15,603 nucleotides of DNA from Chloroflexaceae bacterium (GCA_025454695.1 JALONX010000171.1:1-15603), one strand, 5' to 3'. Shown: positions 1 through 7,370, counted from the first letter of the stretch. The notes: generated by a model from the sequence alone, not told the origin. A program made the numbers and translations.

Positions 1-537
1 GCGGAAGGTGACGGAAAGGCGGCGACCCCGTGGTAGGATTTCGCCATTCACCGTGTCATGCTGGCGGCGGGCGATGCCGTGAGTCCAATCGTAGCGGGCC
101 TCGCCCCGCAGCACCAGCAGGCTACGCGGTTCCAGCAGCACTGGCACGCTCTGGCCCTTCTGCTTCACATCCATCACCACCGCCGAAGCGAGCGACAGGC
201 TGATCACCACGTCGTTGAAGCAGGGCGTGCAATCCACATGGTCGGCGATGCCCTGCCCCGGCTCGTACTCGTTGATGATGGCCTGATCTGGCTCATGCTG
301 CACCAGTTCGTCGGCCCGCAGCTGGGCGGCAATGCGCTGCAACCAGGGCGGCAAGGCCCCCAGGTAGGCCGACGGCTCCACCTTGCGGGCGCGGTAGTCG
401 TAGACATAGCCATAGTGCTGGGTGCGGCGGGCCAGGTCGCCCCGCCAGGGCTGGGCGTCAATCGTCTGAACCAGAAAATCGTGGTGCGGCGGGCTGATGT
501 AGCCGGGGATGTAGAGCAGGCCGTTGATGCCGAACAT
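1..537 (-). CDS. alkB: AlkB-family Fe(II)/2-oxoglutarate-dependent dioxygenase, likely a DNA/RNA alkylation-repair enzyme. Partial: the C-terminal end runs off the window.
   Basis: My own translation of the minus strand from ATG at 537-535, preceded by GGAGG (revcomp of 541-547): MFGINGLLYIPGYISPPHHDFLV...GIADHVDCTPCF...YDWTHGIARR...RLSVTFR. It contains the HxD...H iron triad and the C-terminal R..LTFR motif typical of AlkB. The ORF track does not list it because no stop falls inside the window. The listed + ORF 58..579 is its antisense. Confidence 0.7.
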   Translation of the reverse strand, partial: MFGINGLLYIPGYISPPHHDFLVQTIDAQPWRGDLARRTQHYGYVYDYRARKVEPSAYLGALPPWLQRIAAQLRADELVQHEPDQAIINEYEPGQGIADHVDCTPCFNDVVISLSLASAVVMDVKQKGQSVPVLLEPRSLLVLRGEARYDWTHGIARRQHDTVNGEILPRGRRLSVTFR

Positions 538-618
538 AGTGCCTCCTCGTGGTTGAGTTCATACTTTACTAGAGTATAGCACATATGTTTGGTTATGACA
601 TAGGGCTGAAGGTGGAGG

Positions 619-930
619 TTAGGAGTCGCGTATGCGTTTGAGCATCTCGCCCAAATCATCATAATTGTATGGCGGACGTCTGCGAACGGCCAGAACTGTG
701 ATGATGTTCCACTCTTCGTCTATCACATAAATGATACGCCACGCATCTAGACGAAGACGGCGTGGCTCAAAACCTGGTGAGGTTAGATCAGCAGGAATAT
801 CGAGGCGTTTGCTATGAGGAGGACGCGGTTGTTCAGGAAGCTCTTGAATGGCACGACGTACTCTCTGGCGCACATTGCCAGGAAGTGAGGTAATTTCAGC
901 TACCGCAGCAGGCTCAACCCAAAGTCGCAC
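619..930 (-). CDS. RelE/ParE-family type II toxin. GTG start at 930; an alternative GTG lies at 945.
   Basis: C-terminal half of track ORF 619..1140: ...FEPRRLRLDAWRIIYVIDEEWNIITVLAVRRRPPYNYDD, the RelE/ParE signature (YRIIY..D.E...V.VLRI.HR). The only in-frame ATG lies far upstream inside the antitoxin. GTG at 930-928 is preceded by GAAGGG, and stop TAA is at 621-619. This start overlaps the antitoxin 3' end by 17 nt. Confidence 0.6.
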   Translation of the reverse strand: MRLWVEPAAVAEITSLPGNVRQRVRRAIQELPEQPRPPHSKRLDIPADLTSPGFEPRRLRLDAWRIIYVIDEEWNIITVLAVRRRPPYNYDDLGEMLKRIRDS

Positions 931-1174
931 GGTCGTGCCCTTCACTGCGATTAAGTTCGGCCTCAACCTCTTCCCACGGAACAAGCCCCATTGCCTCGGG
1001 TGTTGCCGCAGTACGACGGCGTTCCAGGTAGCTTCGCACCAGTCCCTGGTCTTCAGCCTCTTCCAGCAGCTGCACAACCTGTTGCCAGGTGGCAATATCA
1101 AGCAAAGCAGCGGTTGGTTCGCCGTGTTCGTCCACCACAAATCTCACGTTCGACAACGTTTCACTCACTGTCAT
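914..1174 (-). CDS. Phd/YefM-like type II antitoxin.
   Basis: MTVSETLSNVRFVVDEHGEPTAALLDIATWQQVVQLLEEAEDQGLVRSY... is a small acidic protein with a Phd/YefM-like N-terminal pattern. ATG at 1174-1172 is preceded by AGGAGGG (revcomp of 1178-1184). The track ORF start at 1192 is a TTG rendered as M. It lies directly upstream of, and overlaps, the RelE/ParE toxin. Confidence 0.55.
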   Translation of the reverse strand: MTVSETLSNVRFVVDEHGEPTAALLDIATWQQVVQLLEEAEDQGLVRSYLERRRTAATPEAMGLVPWEEVEAELNRSEGHDRATLG

Positions 1175-1207
1175 GTAGCCCTCCTGAAACAACCCGTCCG
1201 GTTATCA

Positions 1208-1798
1208 TCATTCTCCTTCCTCATCGGGAAGGAAGGCAACTCTCTCGTACACATCTTTAAGTGCCAGTACACATTGAATGGTGGTCAGATCGATCTGTTC
1301 ATCAGGCCCGGTTGCTTCTGAAAGGTTCCAGGAATTATCCGCCTGGCGCACAAAGCGCTCAATATGATACTCATGTTGCGAGATGAGGATGTACTCGCGC
1401 AAGGAGAAGAGTGAGCGGTAGTGCTGGAACTTCTTGCCCCGGTCATATTTCTCCGTGGAGGGCGAAAGGATTTCGATGATTACAACCGGGTTGAGCAGGG
1501 TGTCTTCTTTGTCGTCCTCAAATTGCTCGTGCCCGCAGACGATGCTGATGTCAGGGTAGGTGTACAACCCCGTTTGCACCACCTTGACGCGCATGTCGCT
1601 GGGATAGATGTTGCAGTCGCGCCCCCGTAGTTGAGCATAGAGATCAGCGTAGGCACTGCCAGCAATCCGGTTGTGGCGCACGCTCCCACCGACCATCGCA
1701 TAGACGGTTCCGGCGAAATACTCGTGCTTTGTATCGCTGATGCGCTCAAAAGCCAGGTATCCGGCCTCTGTCACATGTGTCTGTCGCTGCGCTGTCAT
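1208..1798 (-). CDS. Uma2-family (DUF820) PD-(D/E)xK endonuclease, a putative restriction-endonuclease-like protein.
   Basis: ...TEAGYLAFERISDTKHEYFAGTVYAMVGGSVRHNRIAG...LLNPVVIIEILSPSTEKYDRGKKFQHYRSL...LREYILISQHEYHIERF matches the Uma2/DUF820 family hallmark (EY..G.....GS..H + E(I/V)LSPST..D...K...Y). ATG at 1798-1796 is preceded by GAAGGGA. A longer alternative start exists at 1897. Confidence 0.75.
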   Translation of the reverse strand: MTAQRQTHVTEAGYLAFERISDTKHEYFAGTVYAMVGGSVRHNRIAGSAYADLYAQLRGRDCNIYPSDMRVKVVQTGLYTYPDISIVCGHEQFEDDKEDTLLNPVVIIEILSPSTEKYDRGKKFQHYRSLFSLREYILISQHEYHIERFVRQADNSWNLSEATGPDEQIDLTTIQCVLALKDVYERVAFLPDEEGE

Positions 1799-1973
1799 CC
1801 GTCCCTTCGGGTAGCTGCACTCAAAGTATACCACGCTGTTACGAGCTAATTCGAAAGGCTCTCGCAAAGCCTGTCCTGAGGCATCGAAGGGCCGCAAAGC
1901 TCGCAGAGTATTTGAGATACATCAACCCCTGCCCTATCTTCGTGCCTTTGTGCCTTTGTGAGCGCTTCTGGTT

Positions 1974-2846
1974 TCAGACATTCAGCCCCCAATCATACTC
2001 GCGATACACCAGCCGCCCCTGCTGGGCCGCCAGCAGCCATGTGCGGCGCTCGTCGTCGGGCAGGTGCTGGCGGAGAAAGGCCACAACCCCCGCTGCGCCC
2101 CCAAAATCCTCGGCGTACCATTTGAAGATCGAGGAGATGAGCACTTCGCCCTGGGTCTCGTCTACGGCTACATCGGCGGCGACGAAGCTGCGGGCCGCCA
2201 GGTCAAGCTGCGTGTCAATGGCGTCGACACTGTAGACGCCGATGGGCGGGCAGGAGCGGCTGGCGCAGTTCAGGGCGAAGTGGATGCGGGGATCAACCGG
2301 GGTGACCATGTGGGCCAGGCGGGGGTCGTTGGCGGCGAACTGGGGGCCGGGCAAAAAGGGATTTCCAGCATTACCCCGCAACACGCCATGCTCAATCTCG
2401 TTACATGAAAAACGCATGCCGCCCACGTTGTAAGCCGCCCTGGTGAAAAAGGTCATCCCCCAGAGCTGGCTGGCCACGCTTTCGCGCACCTCGTAGGCAA
2501 CCACGGCATCAATCACCAGCGCGTTGTAAAGGTTGATCCAGAAGGCTAGCCGCTCCTCCCGCGTCGCCAGCGTCGCCAGGTTCAGCATGCGCAGCTGGGG
2601 CGTGAGTTCGCTCCAGTAGCGGCGGTAGCCCTCGCTTTCCCGCAGCCGGGTGTAATCCACACGGGTGCCGCTTTCGTCCATCGCCTCGGCCTTAAACTGG
2701 TTGACGGCCCGCTTCAAGGCTGCCGCCAGGGCCGGGCCATCCAGCGGCGCGGTGGTGGCAGCGGGTGCATCGTTCAGCACCTCGTTCGCCCGCGAGCCGG
2801 TAAACAGGCGCAAGGCCGACTCACGCAGGTTGATCAGTTCGTCCAT
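1974..2846 (-). CDS. DUF547 domain protein of unknown function.
   Basis: 290-aa ORF with the DUF547 hallmark segments FWINLYNALV, HFALNCASRSCPP and IFKWY. ATG at 2846-2844. Codon bias matches its neighbours. Confidence 0.7.
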   Translation of the reverse strand: MDELINLRESALRLFTGSRANEVLNDAPAATTAPLDGPALAAALKRAVNQFKAEAMDESGTRVDYTRLRESEGYRRYWSELTPQLRMLNLATLATREERLAFWINLYNALVIDAVVAYEVRESVASQLWGMTFFTRAAYNVGGMRFSCNEIEHGVLRGNAGNPFLPGPQFAANDPRLAHMVTPVDPRIHFALNCASRSCPPIGVYSVDAIDTQLDLAARSFVAADVAVDETQGEVLISSIFKWYAEDFGGAAGVVAFLRQHLPDDERRTWLLAAQQGRLVYREYDWGLNV

Positions 2847-2855
2847 GGTTGGAAA

Positions 2856-3275
2856 TTAGGATTGTGACCAGTCTACTAGCAACAACCCTGGAATAGCTTG
2901 AAAATGAGTGCGGTTGCGTGTCACCAGGGTTGCCCCATGGGCAAGTGCAACCGTAGCAATACGCAAATCCTGTGTCCCTACACGAATACCCTGGCTGCGA
3001 AACGTGCTTACCTGGGTATCCAGGTTTGTTGTAAAGTCGTACACGGTAAAGCTAGACAGGTATTCAAATGCCATACGGAACCGTTGGTAGGCAAGAACAC
3101 GAGCCTCACTTGTGTTCGCTACTCGAATCGCGGCCAGCCAGCCGCGCATCTGCTCCTCAACTGTAATAACACTAATACAAATATTCGTTGGCCCTGCTTG
3201 TTGCACACGTTGTCGCACCAGGGGATGACCGCACTGATCCAAACTGACGTGGTCAGTATCAAGCAGAAAGATCAT
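2856..3275 (-). CDS. vapC: VapC-type PIN-domain toxin ribonuclease.
   Basis: MIFLLDTDHVS...VEEQ...TQDLRIATVALAHGATLVTRNRTHF: the N-terminal LLDTD, internal EE, and the D...TRN..HF acidic residues fit a PIN catalytic site. Its start ATGA overlaps the upstream antitoxin stop (3272-3275). Confidence 0.8.
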   Translation of the reverse strand: MIFLLDTDHVSLDQCGHPLVRQRVQQAGPTNICISVITVEEQMRGWLAAIRVANTSEARVLAYQRFRMAFEYLSSFTVYDFTTNLDTQVSTFRSQGIRVGTQDLRIATVALAHGATLVTRNRTHFQAIPGLLLVDWSQS

Positions 3276-3580
3276 TGGCCTGCGTCCTGGTCAAGGGTTT
3301 TACGTTGTTGTTCGATTTCCGATAACATGATGCGCGTTGTTTCATCGTCGGGGAACATGCCTGCGTGACGAGGCCAGACACTAGCGGTGCCGTTGGACGT
3401 TTCATCAAGGGTTATCTGAACAAATTCGACGCCAGCCTGCTGGCGCGAAAGAAGGGCTTGGCGAATTTGTGTTAGGGCATCTTCTCGTGAAGGGGCCTCG
3501 ACTACCAGGTCGGGAAACTGAAGCGCACGAGCGGCATAACGGTTCTTATCGCGGCGGGTCAGTTCAATGTCAACAATCAT
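3272..3580 (-). CDS. Antitoxin partner of VapC. The N-terminal half resembles the HicB/UPF0150 fold; the C-terminal half is unassigned.
   Basis: 102 aa: MIVDIELTRRDKNRYAARALQFPDLVVEAPSREDALTQIRQALL..., which fits the HicB/UPF0150 N-terminal pattern (.Y.A.v.elPg...eG.T.eEAl...r.Al). A strong RBS AGGAGG (revcomp of 3586-3591) lies 5 nt upstream of ATG 3580. There is a 4-nt ATGA overlap with vapC. Confidence 0.55.
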   Translation of the reverse strand: MIVDIELTRRDKNRYAARALQFPDLVVEAPSREDALTQIRQALLSRQQAGVEFVQITLDETSNGTASVWPRHAGMFPDDETTRIMLSEIEQQRKTLDQDAGQ

Positions 3581-3766
3581 CGAACACCTCCTTCGTAGTC
3601 TTGTGCATCATCCAGTGCATTGTAGCATAGGCGCTATGTGGTCGCCCGTGCCGTCGCCCTGGTAGCTCTTCTCCTTGAAGCCAGGGAGTTCCCCAACGCG
3701 TTCCACTGCCAACCGTCAACTTTTTGATACCTAGTGTAGACTAGCCTCACCACTCGTAACTCAAAG

Positions 3767-4558
3767 TCACTCCATTCCATTGTGCAGGGAAAGGAGCAGG
3801 GCGTCAACCCCGCTGCGTCGCCGGGAGGGAAGAAGATAGCCCGCTGTGCCGCCGTGGTGCCCTAGCACATGAGCAATGGGCCAGAGCCGTAGGGCGTTTA
3901 CTATGCCGAGCAAAGGAGAGAACTGCACGGTGGTGGTCTGGTCAATAGCAAAGGCTTCAATGCCGCTGAGTCGGTGGAAGTGGTAGCCCATTGGCTGCCA
4001 GCGACCAAGGGGCTGTTTGTAGAGATGGCTGTTGCCGCACCAGACTAGCATGCGGCTCCGGCGGGGCAGCTGCACAAAGGCTCGAATGAGGTTTTCCGCT
4101 TGCTGCTGCTCACGCCAGTTGGTGTAGGATAAGGAGAGCAGTGTGCGCTGGTGACGAGCAAGGAACGTTGCTTCTTTCTTGCTTAAACGGGCTGGTTGCA
4201 GCCGCGCTGCCTCCGGGTCGAAGTAGCGCAAGCCGTTGGCCTCGTAGGGAATCAACGTCCAGCCTAATTCAAGGGCTGCATGCACCAGGGCTTGCATCTC
4301 TGCCTGAGCAAAATAACCAGCTGTCACGGGCGGCAGGCTGCGGCTGCTGTTGGCGAATTCGGCAACCTCAGGGTGCAGCGCCTCCAACGCCAGAAAGCGG
4401 GCACCGGCGGCATGGGCCACAGGCAGCACCCGCCGCCCCACCAGGCGGGTGCGCAGGCAGCGCTGCTGGCCCTTGTGGGCTTCGTTCAGCATCACCACGG
4501 GTGAGCGAGCGAAGCCCAGTTGCACCAGTTCTTCAGGCGTATACCAGATGCGTGTCAC
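3767..4558 (-). CDS. Hypothetical protein, 263 aa. The N-terminus is weakly reminiscent of the erythromycin-esterase/TraB/GumN/Tiki superfamily.
   Basis: Long ORF with window-typical codon bias. GTG start at 4558-4556 lies 5 nt after the upstream hydrolase stop (4564), suggesting translational coupling. The segment PVVMLNEAHKGQQRCLRTRLVGRRVLPVAHAAGARFLALEAL loosely resembles the Ere-like VV.LGEATHG...R...L....GF..va.E pattern. I cannot confirm this without a search. Confidence 0.45.
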   Translation of the reverse strand: MTRIWYTPEELVQLGFARSPVVMLNEAHKGQQRCLRTRLVGRRVLPVAHAAGARFLALEALHPEVAEFANSSRSLPPVTAGYFAQAEMQALVHAALELGWTLIPYEANGLRYFDPEAARLQPARLSKKEATFLARHQRTLLSLSYTNWREQQQAENLIRAFVQLPRRSRMLVWCGNSHLYKQPLGRWQPMGYHFHRLSGIEAFAIDQTTTVQFSPLLGIVNALRLWPIAHVLGHHGGTAGYLLPSRRRSGVDALLLSLHNGME

Positions 4559-4563
4559 GCAGT

Positions 4564-5556
4564 CTACGTATTCCCTGCCCGCTCACGGCTCGGCCCGTGC
4601 AGCTTGAACCATGCGTCGGTGAGACTCACAAACTGCTCGGTAAAGGCGGGCTGGTGCGAGAAGTGGCCCCAGTCCATCTCCACATACTGCCTTGGGCCGC
4701 CCAACCGCTGGTAGGTTTCCTCCGTTACATGGGGCGGCACCATCTTGTCGCGCATAGTGTTGATCACCAGCCAGGGTGTCTGGTTCTGGGCAAGCGGGAT
4801 GCGGGGCGGCGAGTATTGCATGCTGGCCAGGGCACGCAGGGTGATGCTGCGGGGCGTGTAGGGGTCGCGCTTCCAGATCGGCACAAAGCCCCGCCCCTGA
4901 TCGCGCTCATCAAACATGGCGTCCCAATGAGCCATCGGCAGATAGGGCAGGCGCAGCCTGGGGAAGCGCCGGGCCAGCGGGCGGGTGATGCGCTTGATGC
5001 CCCAGGCCAGGCCAGCCATGTTGGCCAGCGGCGCGAACTTTGAAACCAGCAACGCGGTTCGCGGGTCGTCGAAGGCGTAGAGTTGGGCCGTGGCCACGGC
5101 ATGAACGGCGGCACCCATCGCCACCGCGTTGTAGGTGATGCCCGAGCCGATACTGCCGCTGCCCATAAACACCGGGCCGCTGTAGCGCTGCCTGGCCCAC
5201 GCCACCACGTCCACAATGTTACGGGCCATCCCGTCAATGGTGAAGTCGCCCTTGGTGGGGCCGACGCCGGTACGCCCATGGCCCTGCATGTCGGCGATCA
5301 CCACGGTGTAGCCCCGCTCGTAGAAGGCCAGCGCCAGCGGGATAAATATGCCGGAGTAGCCACCGCCGCCGTGGTTCCCGACAAACACCGGCGCATCGCG
5401 CTCGGGGCGCTGGTAGACATTGACATACAGGTCATCGTCGCCTGAACGCAGCGTATGTTCCTGCATCAGCCCCTCGGCGCGGGCAATCGTAGCAGAGTCA
5501 TAATAGTGGTGCCAATACGGTTTTTCGATCGGTTGCATTGTTGCTGTTGCGTACAT
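4564..5556 (-). CDS. Alpha/beta-fold hydrolase (serine hydrolase).
   Basis: Contains the GxSxG nucleophile elbow (MGSGSIGSG) and a GHG segment. ATG at 5556-5554 has RBS AGGAGTA 6 nt upstream (revcomp of 5563-5569). The track start at 5622 has no RBS. Confidence 0.75.
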   Translation of the reverse strand: MYATATMQPIEKPYWHHYYDSATIARAEGLMQEHTLRSGDDDLYVNVYQRPERDAPVFVGNHGGGGYSGIFIPLALAFYERGYTVVIADMQGHGRTGVGPTKGDFTIDGMARNIVDVVAWARQRYSGPVFMGSGSIGSGITYNAVAMGAAVHAVATAQLYAFDDPRTALLVSKFAPLANMAGLAWGIKRITRPLARRFPRLRLPYLPMAHWDAMFDERDQGRGFVPIWKRDPYTPRSITLRALASMQYSPPRIPLAQNQTPWLVINTMRDKMVPPHVTEETYQRLGGPRQYVEMDWGHFSHQPAFTEQFVSLTDAWFKLHGPSRERAGNT

Positions 5557-5666
5557 CAGGTATACTCCTTCAACATTTTTCTGCTCTGTCAGCCAGTGCA
5601 TCAGGCTGATAGGTTGTAGCATACCGATTTTACGTAAGCTTGTCTAGTCGCATTTGAGGTGTCTCC
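5557..5666. promoter_or_regulatory. Divergent promoter/operator region between the TetR gene and the hydrolase operon.
   Basis: 110-bp intergenic spacer containing the palindrome TTACGTAA (5629-5636) and the inverted repeat CAGCC-N9-GGCTG (5590-5608). The divergent TetR arrangement typically puts the operator here. Confidence 0.35.
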
Positions 5667-6380
5667 ATGCGTAAAGCATTATCACAAAAAGATCGCCGTA
5701 AAATGCCCTCGCAGGAGCGATCACGCTTTACAGTTGAAGCAATACTGGATGCGGCTGTTCAGGTTTTCGAGCGCCACGGCTATGCGGCGGGCACCACAGC
5801 ACGCATCGCCGAGCGGGCGGGGGTGTCGGTGGGTTCACTCTACCAATACTTCCCCAACAAGGACGCAATTCTGGTGGCGCTGGTTGATCAACATCTGGCG
5901 GAAGTGCAGACACTGGCGGGCGTGGTGTTTGCCAGGGCGCATGCAGCCGATCTCACTTTGCCCCAGGCCCTGCGCGTGATTGTGGCCGGGTTTGTGGACA
6001 TGCACGCCCTGAACCCGCAGCTGCATCGCTTGCTGTCGGAGGAGGTGGTGTTGCCGGGCGAAGCCCAAGAGAAGCTGGCCAGGTTGAAGCAGTCTATCGT
6101 TGAAGCGGTGGGGCAGCTGCTGGCACGCTACGGGGTGGCAGAGCAGGGAAGCCCTGGACTCACGGCCTATGTGCTGGTGCAAGTGGCCGACCACCTGACG
6201 CACCAGCTGGTGTTGCACCCGCCCGTCCCGCTGACGCCGCAGCAGTGTGTGGACGAGATTCTGCTGGTGGTGTTAGGCTATCTGGGGCAGACAAACCCGT
6301 TTACTCCCCCGCCAGCGTCGCCTGCCCCGCCGCCCAAAGAATGCCCCCCAGCAGATGCTGCTGAAACAGCGGCTCGCTGA
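5667..6380 (+). CDS. TetR/AcrR-family transcriptional regulator.
   Basis: N-terminal HTH: RSRFTVEAILDAAVQVFERHGYAAGTTARIAERAGVSVGSLYQYFPNKDAIL. ATG 5667 is preceded by GAGGTG. It is divergent from the hydrolase gene. The C-terminal ~25 aa (PFTPPPASPAPPPKECPPADAAETAAR) are low-complexity read-through into the antisense of the next gene. Confidence 0.85.
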   Translation: MRKALSQKDRRKMPSQERSRFTVEAILDAAVQVFERHGYAAGTTARIAERAGVSVGSLYQYFPNKDAILVALVDQHLAEVQTLAGVVFARAHAADLTLPQALRVIVAGFVDMHALNPQLHRLLSEEVVLPGEAQEKLARLKQSIVEAVGQLLARYGVAEQGSPGLTAYVLVQVADHLTHQLVLHPPVPLTPQQCVDEILLVVLGYLGQTNPFTPPPASPAPPPKECPPADAAETAAR

Positions 6381-7170
6381 AAGTCTCGTCGCCGTGGCCC
6401 AAACCGGTGTACCAGGTGCGTCCGCCGTCAAAGGGGCGAAACCAGGCGATGGGGTGGTCGCCCATGTCGCCGCCCTGGTAGCTGCTTTCGTCCAGGCTGA
6501 TCAGCACGGAAACGTTGGGGCGTGGGTTGGTGCGAAAGTTGTACCACTCGTCGGTGCGAGTCCAGCGTTCCGGCAGATGGCGCGTGCTGGGGTGCGTGCG
6601 GTTTTCCACCACCAGCGTCGCCTGTTGAATGGCCGGATGGCTCTTGAAATAAGCCCCTACCAGCTCACCATACCAGGGCCAGTCGTACTCGGCGTCGGCG
6701 GCGGCGTGGATGCCAACGAAGCCACCGCCTGCGCGGATGTAGCGTTGCAATGCGTTCTGCTGGTTCTCGTCGAGCAGATCGCCAGTTGTTTGCAGAAACA
6801 CCACCGCCTGGTACTGGGCCAGGTTCGCGTCACTAAAGGCAGTGCTATCCTCGGTGGCATCCACACTAAAGTTGTGCTGGCTGGCCAGTTGGCGAATAGC
6901 GGCCAGACCAGCTTCTATCGAGCCGTGGCGGAAGCCAGCGGTTTTGCTGAACACCAGCACGCGAAATGTGGCGGGGGGTGGAGGTGTCGGTGTCATCGTT
7001 GCTCCATTCTGAATGGTCGGCAGGAAAAGCCGATGCGTGGATGTTTCTACTTGTGGGGTAGTCGAACTGGCGACACCCGTGCAACTCATGAGCATCAAAC
7101 AGCATATGCAGATGAGCAAAACGGGCCGTGGAGTACGCCAGCCCCTGGGAATACGCCGTGTATCGTTCAT
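6301..7170 (-). CDS. ThuA-like (trehalose-utilisation, class-I glutamine-amidotransferase-like) lipoprotein.
   Basis: RVLVFSKTAGFRHGSIEAGLAAIRQLA...GGGFVGIHAAAD...DHPIAWFRPFDGGRTWYTGLGH fits the ThuA family. The N-terminus has a basic stretch, a hydrophobic stretch and the LMSC lipobox. ATG 7170-7168 has RBS GGGAGGG 6 nt upstream. The track start at 7206 is a GTG. Confidence 0.7.
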   Translation of the reverse strand: MNDTRRIPRGWRTPRPVLLICICCLMLMSCTGVASSTTPQVETSTHRLFLPTIQNGATMTPTPPPPATFRVLVFSKTAGFRHGSIEAGLAAIRQLASQHNFSVDATEDSTAFSDANLAQYQAVVFLQTTGDLLDENQQNALQRYIRAGGGFVGIHAAADAEYDWPWYGELVGAYFKSHPAIQQATLVVENRTHPSTRHLPERWTRTDEWYNFRTNPRPNVSVLISLDESSYQGGDMGDHPIAWFRPFDGGRTWYTGLGHGDETFSEPLFQQHLLGGILWAAGQATLAGE

Positions 7171-7211
7171 TGTTGCCCTCCCAGCGTTATCGTTGCAATG
7201 GTTCACATGTC

Positions 7212-7252
7212 GCCAGTGTAGCGACGCCCCGGCGAGGCGTCGCTACACTGGC
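7212..7252. other. Perfect 17-bp GC-rich inverted repeat (hairpin) with a 7-nt loop.
   Basis: GCCAGTGTAGCGACGCC (7212-7228), then ccggcga, then GGCGTCGCTACACTGGC (7236-7252). It lies in the ThuA upstream / crtI-like downstream spacer, with no adjacent U-tract on either strand. Confidence 0.5.
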
Positions 7253-7370
7253 CATTGTACACCTTTGGGCAACGTTGCATCATTCATCGTGGTGCGGTTC
7301 CATCGTCCATCGTTTTTCATCGCGGGCGGGTCACAGACCGCGCCCCTACGACGCTGATGTTCGTCGTTCC

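Noticed and set aside
58-579. 173-aa + strand ORF.
   Set aside because: It is antisense to the clearly recognisable AlkB-family gene, which has HxD...H and RLSVTFR motifs and a GGAGG RBS on the minus strand. The product is Ala/Gly/Arg-rich with no family resemblance.
1799-1897. Longer N-terminal extension of the Uma2 gene (track start at 1897).
   Set aside because: The internal ATG at 1798 has a GAAGGGA RBS, and the family N-terminus begins near there (…EY..G). The extension is kept only as an alternative start.
4141-5043. 300-aa + ORF, plus overlapping small ORFs at 4280-4714, 4764-5279, 4910-5200 and 5083-5445.
   Set aside because: These are antisense to the hypothetical/alpha-beta hydrolase genes. 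They are typical high-GC shadow ORFs of Pro/Ala/Gly/Arg-rich low complexity.
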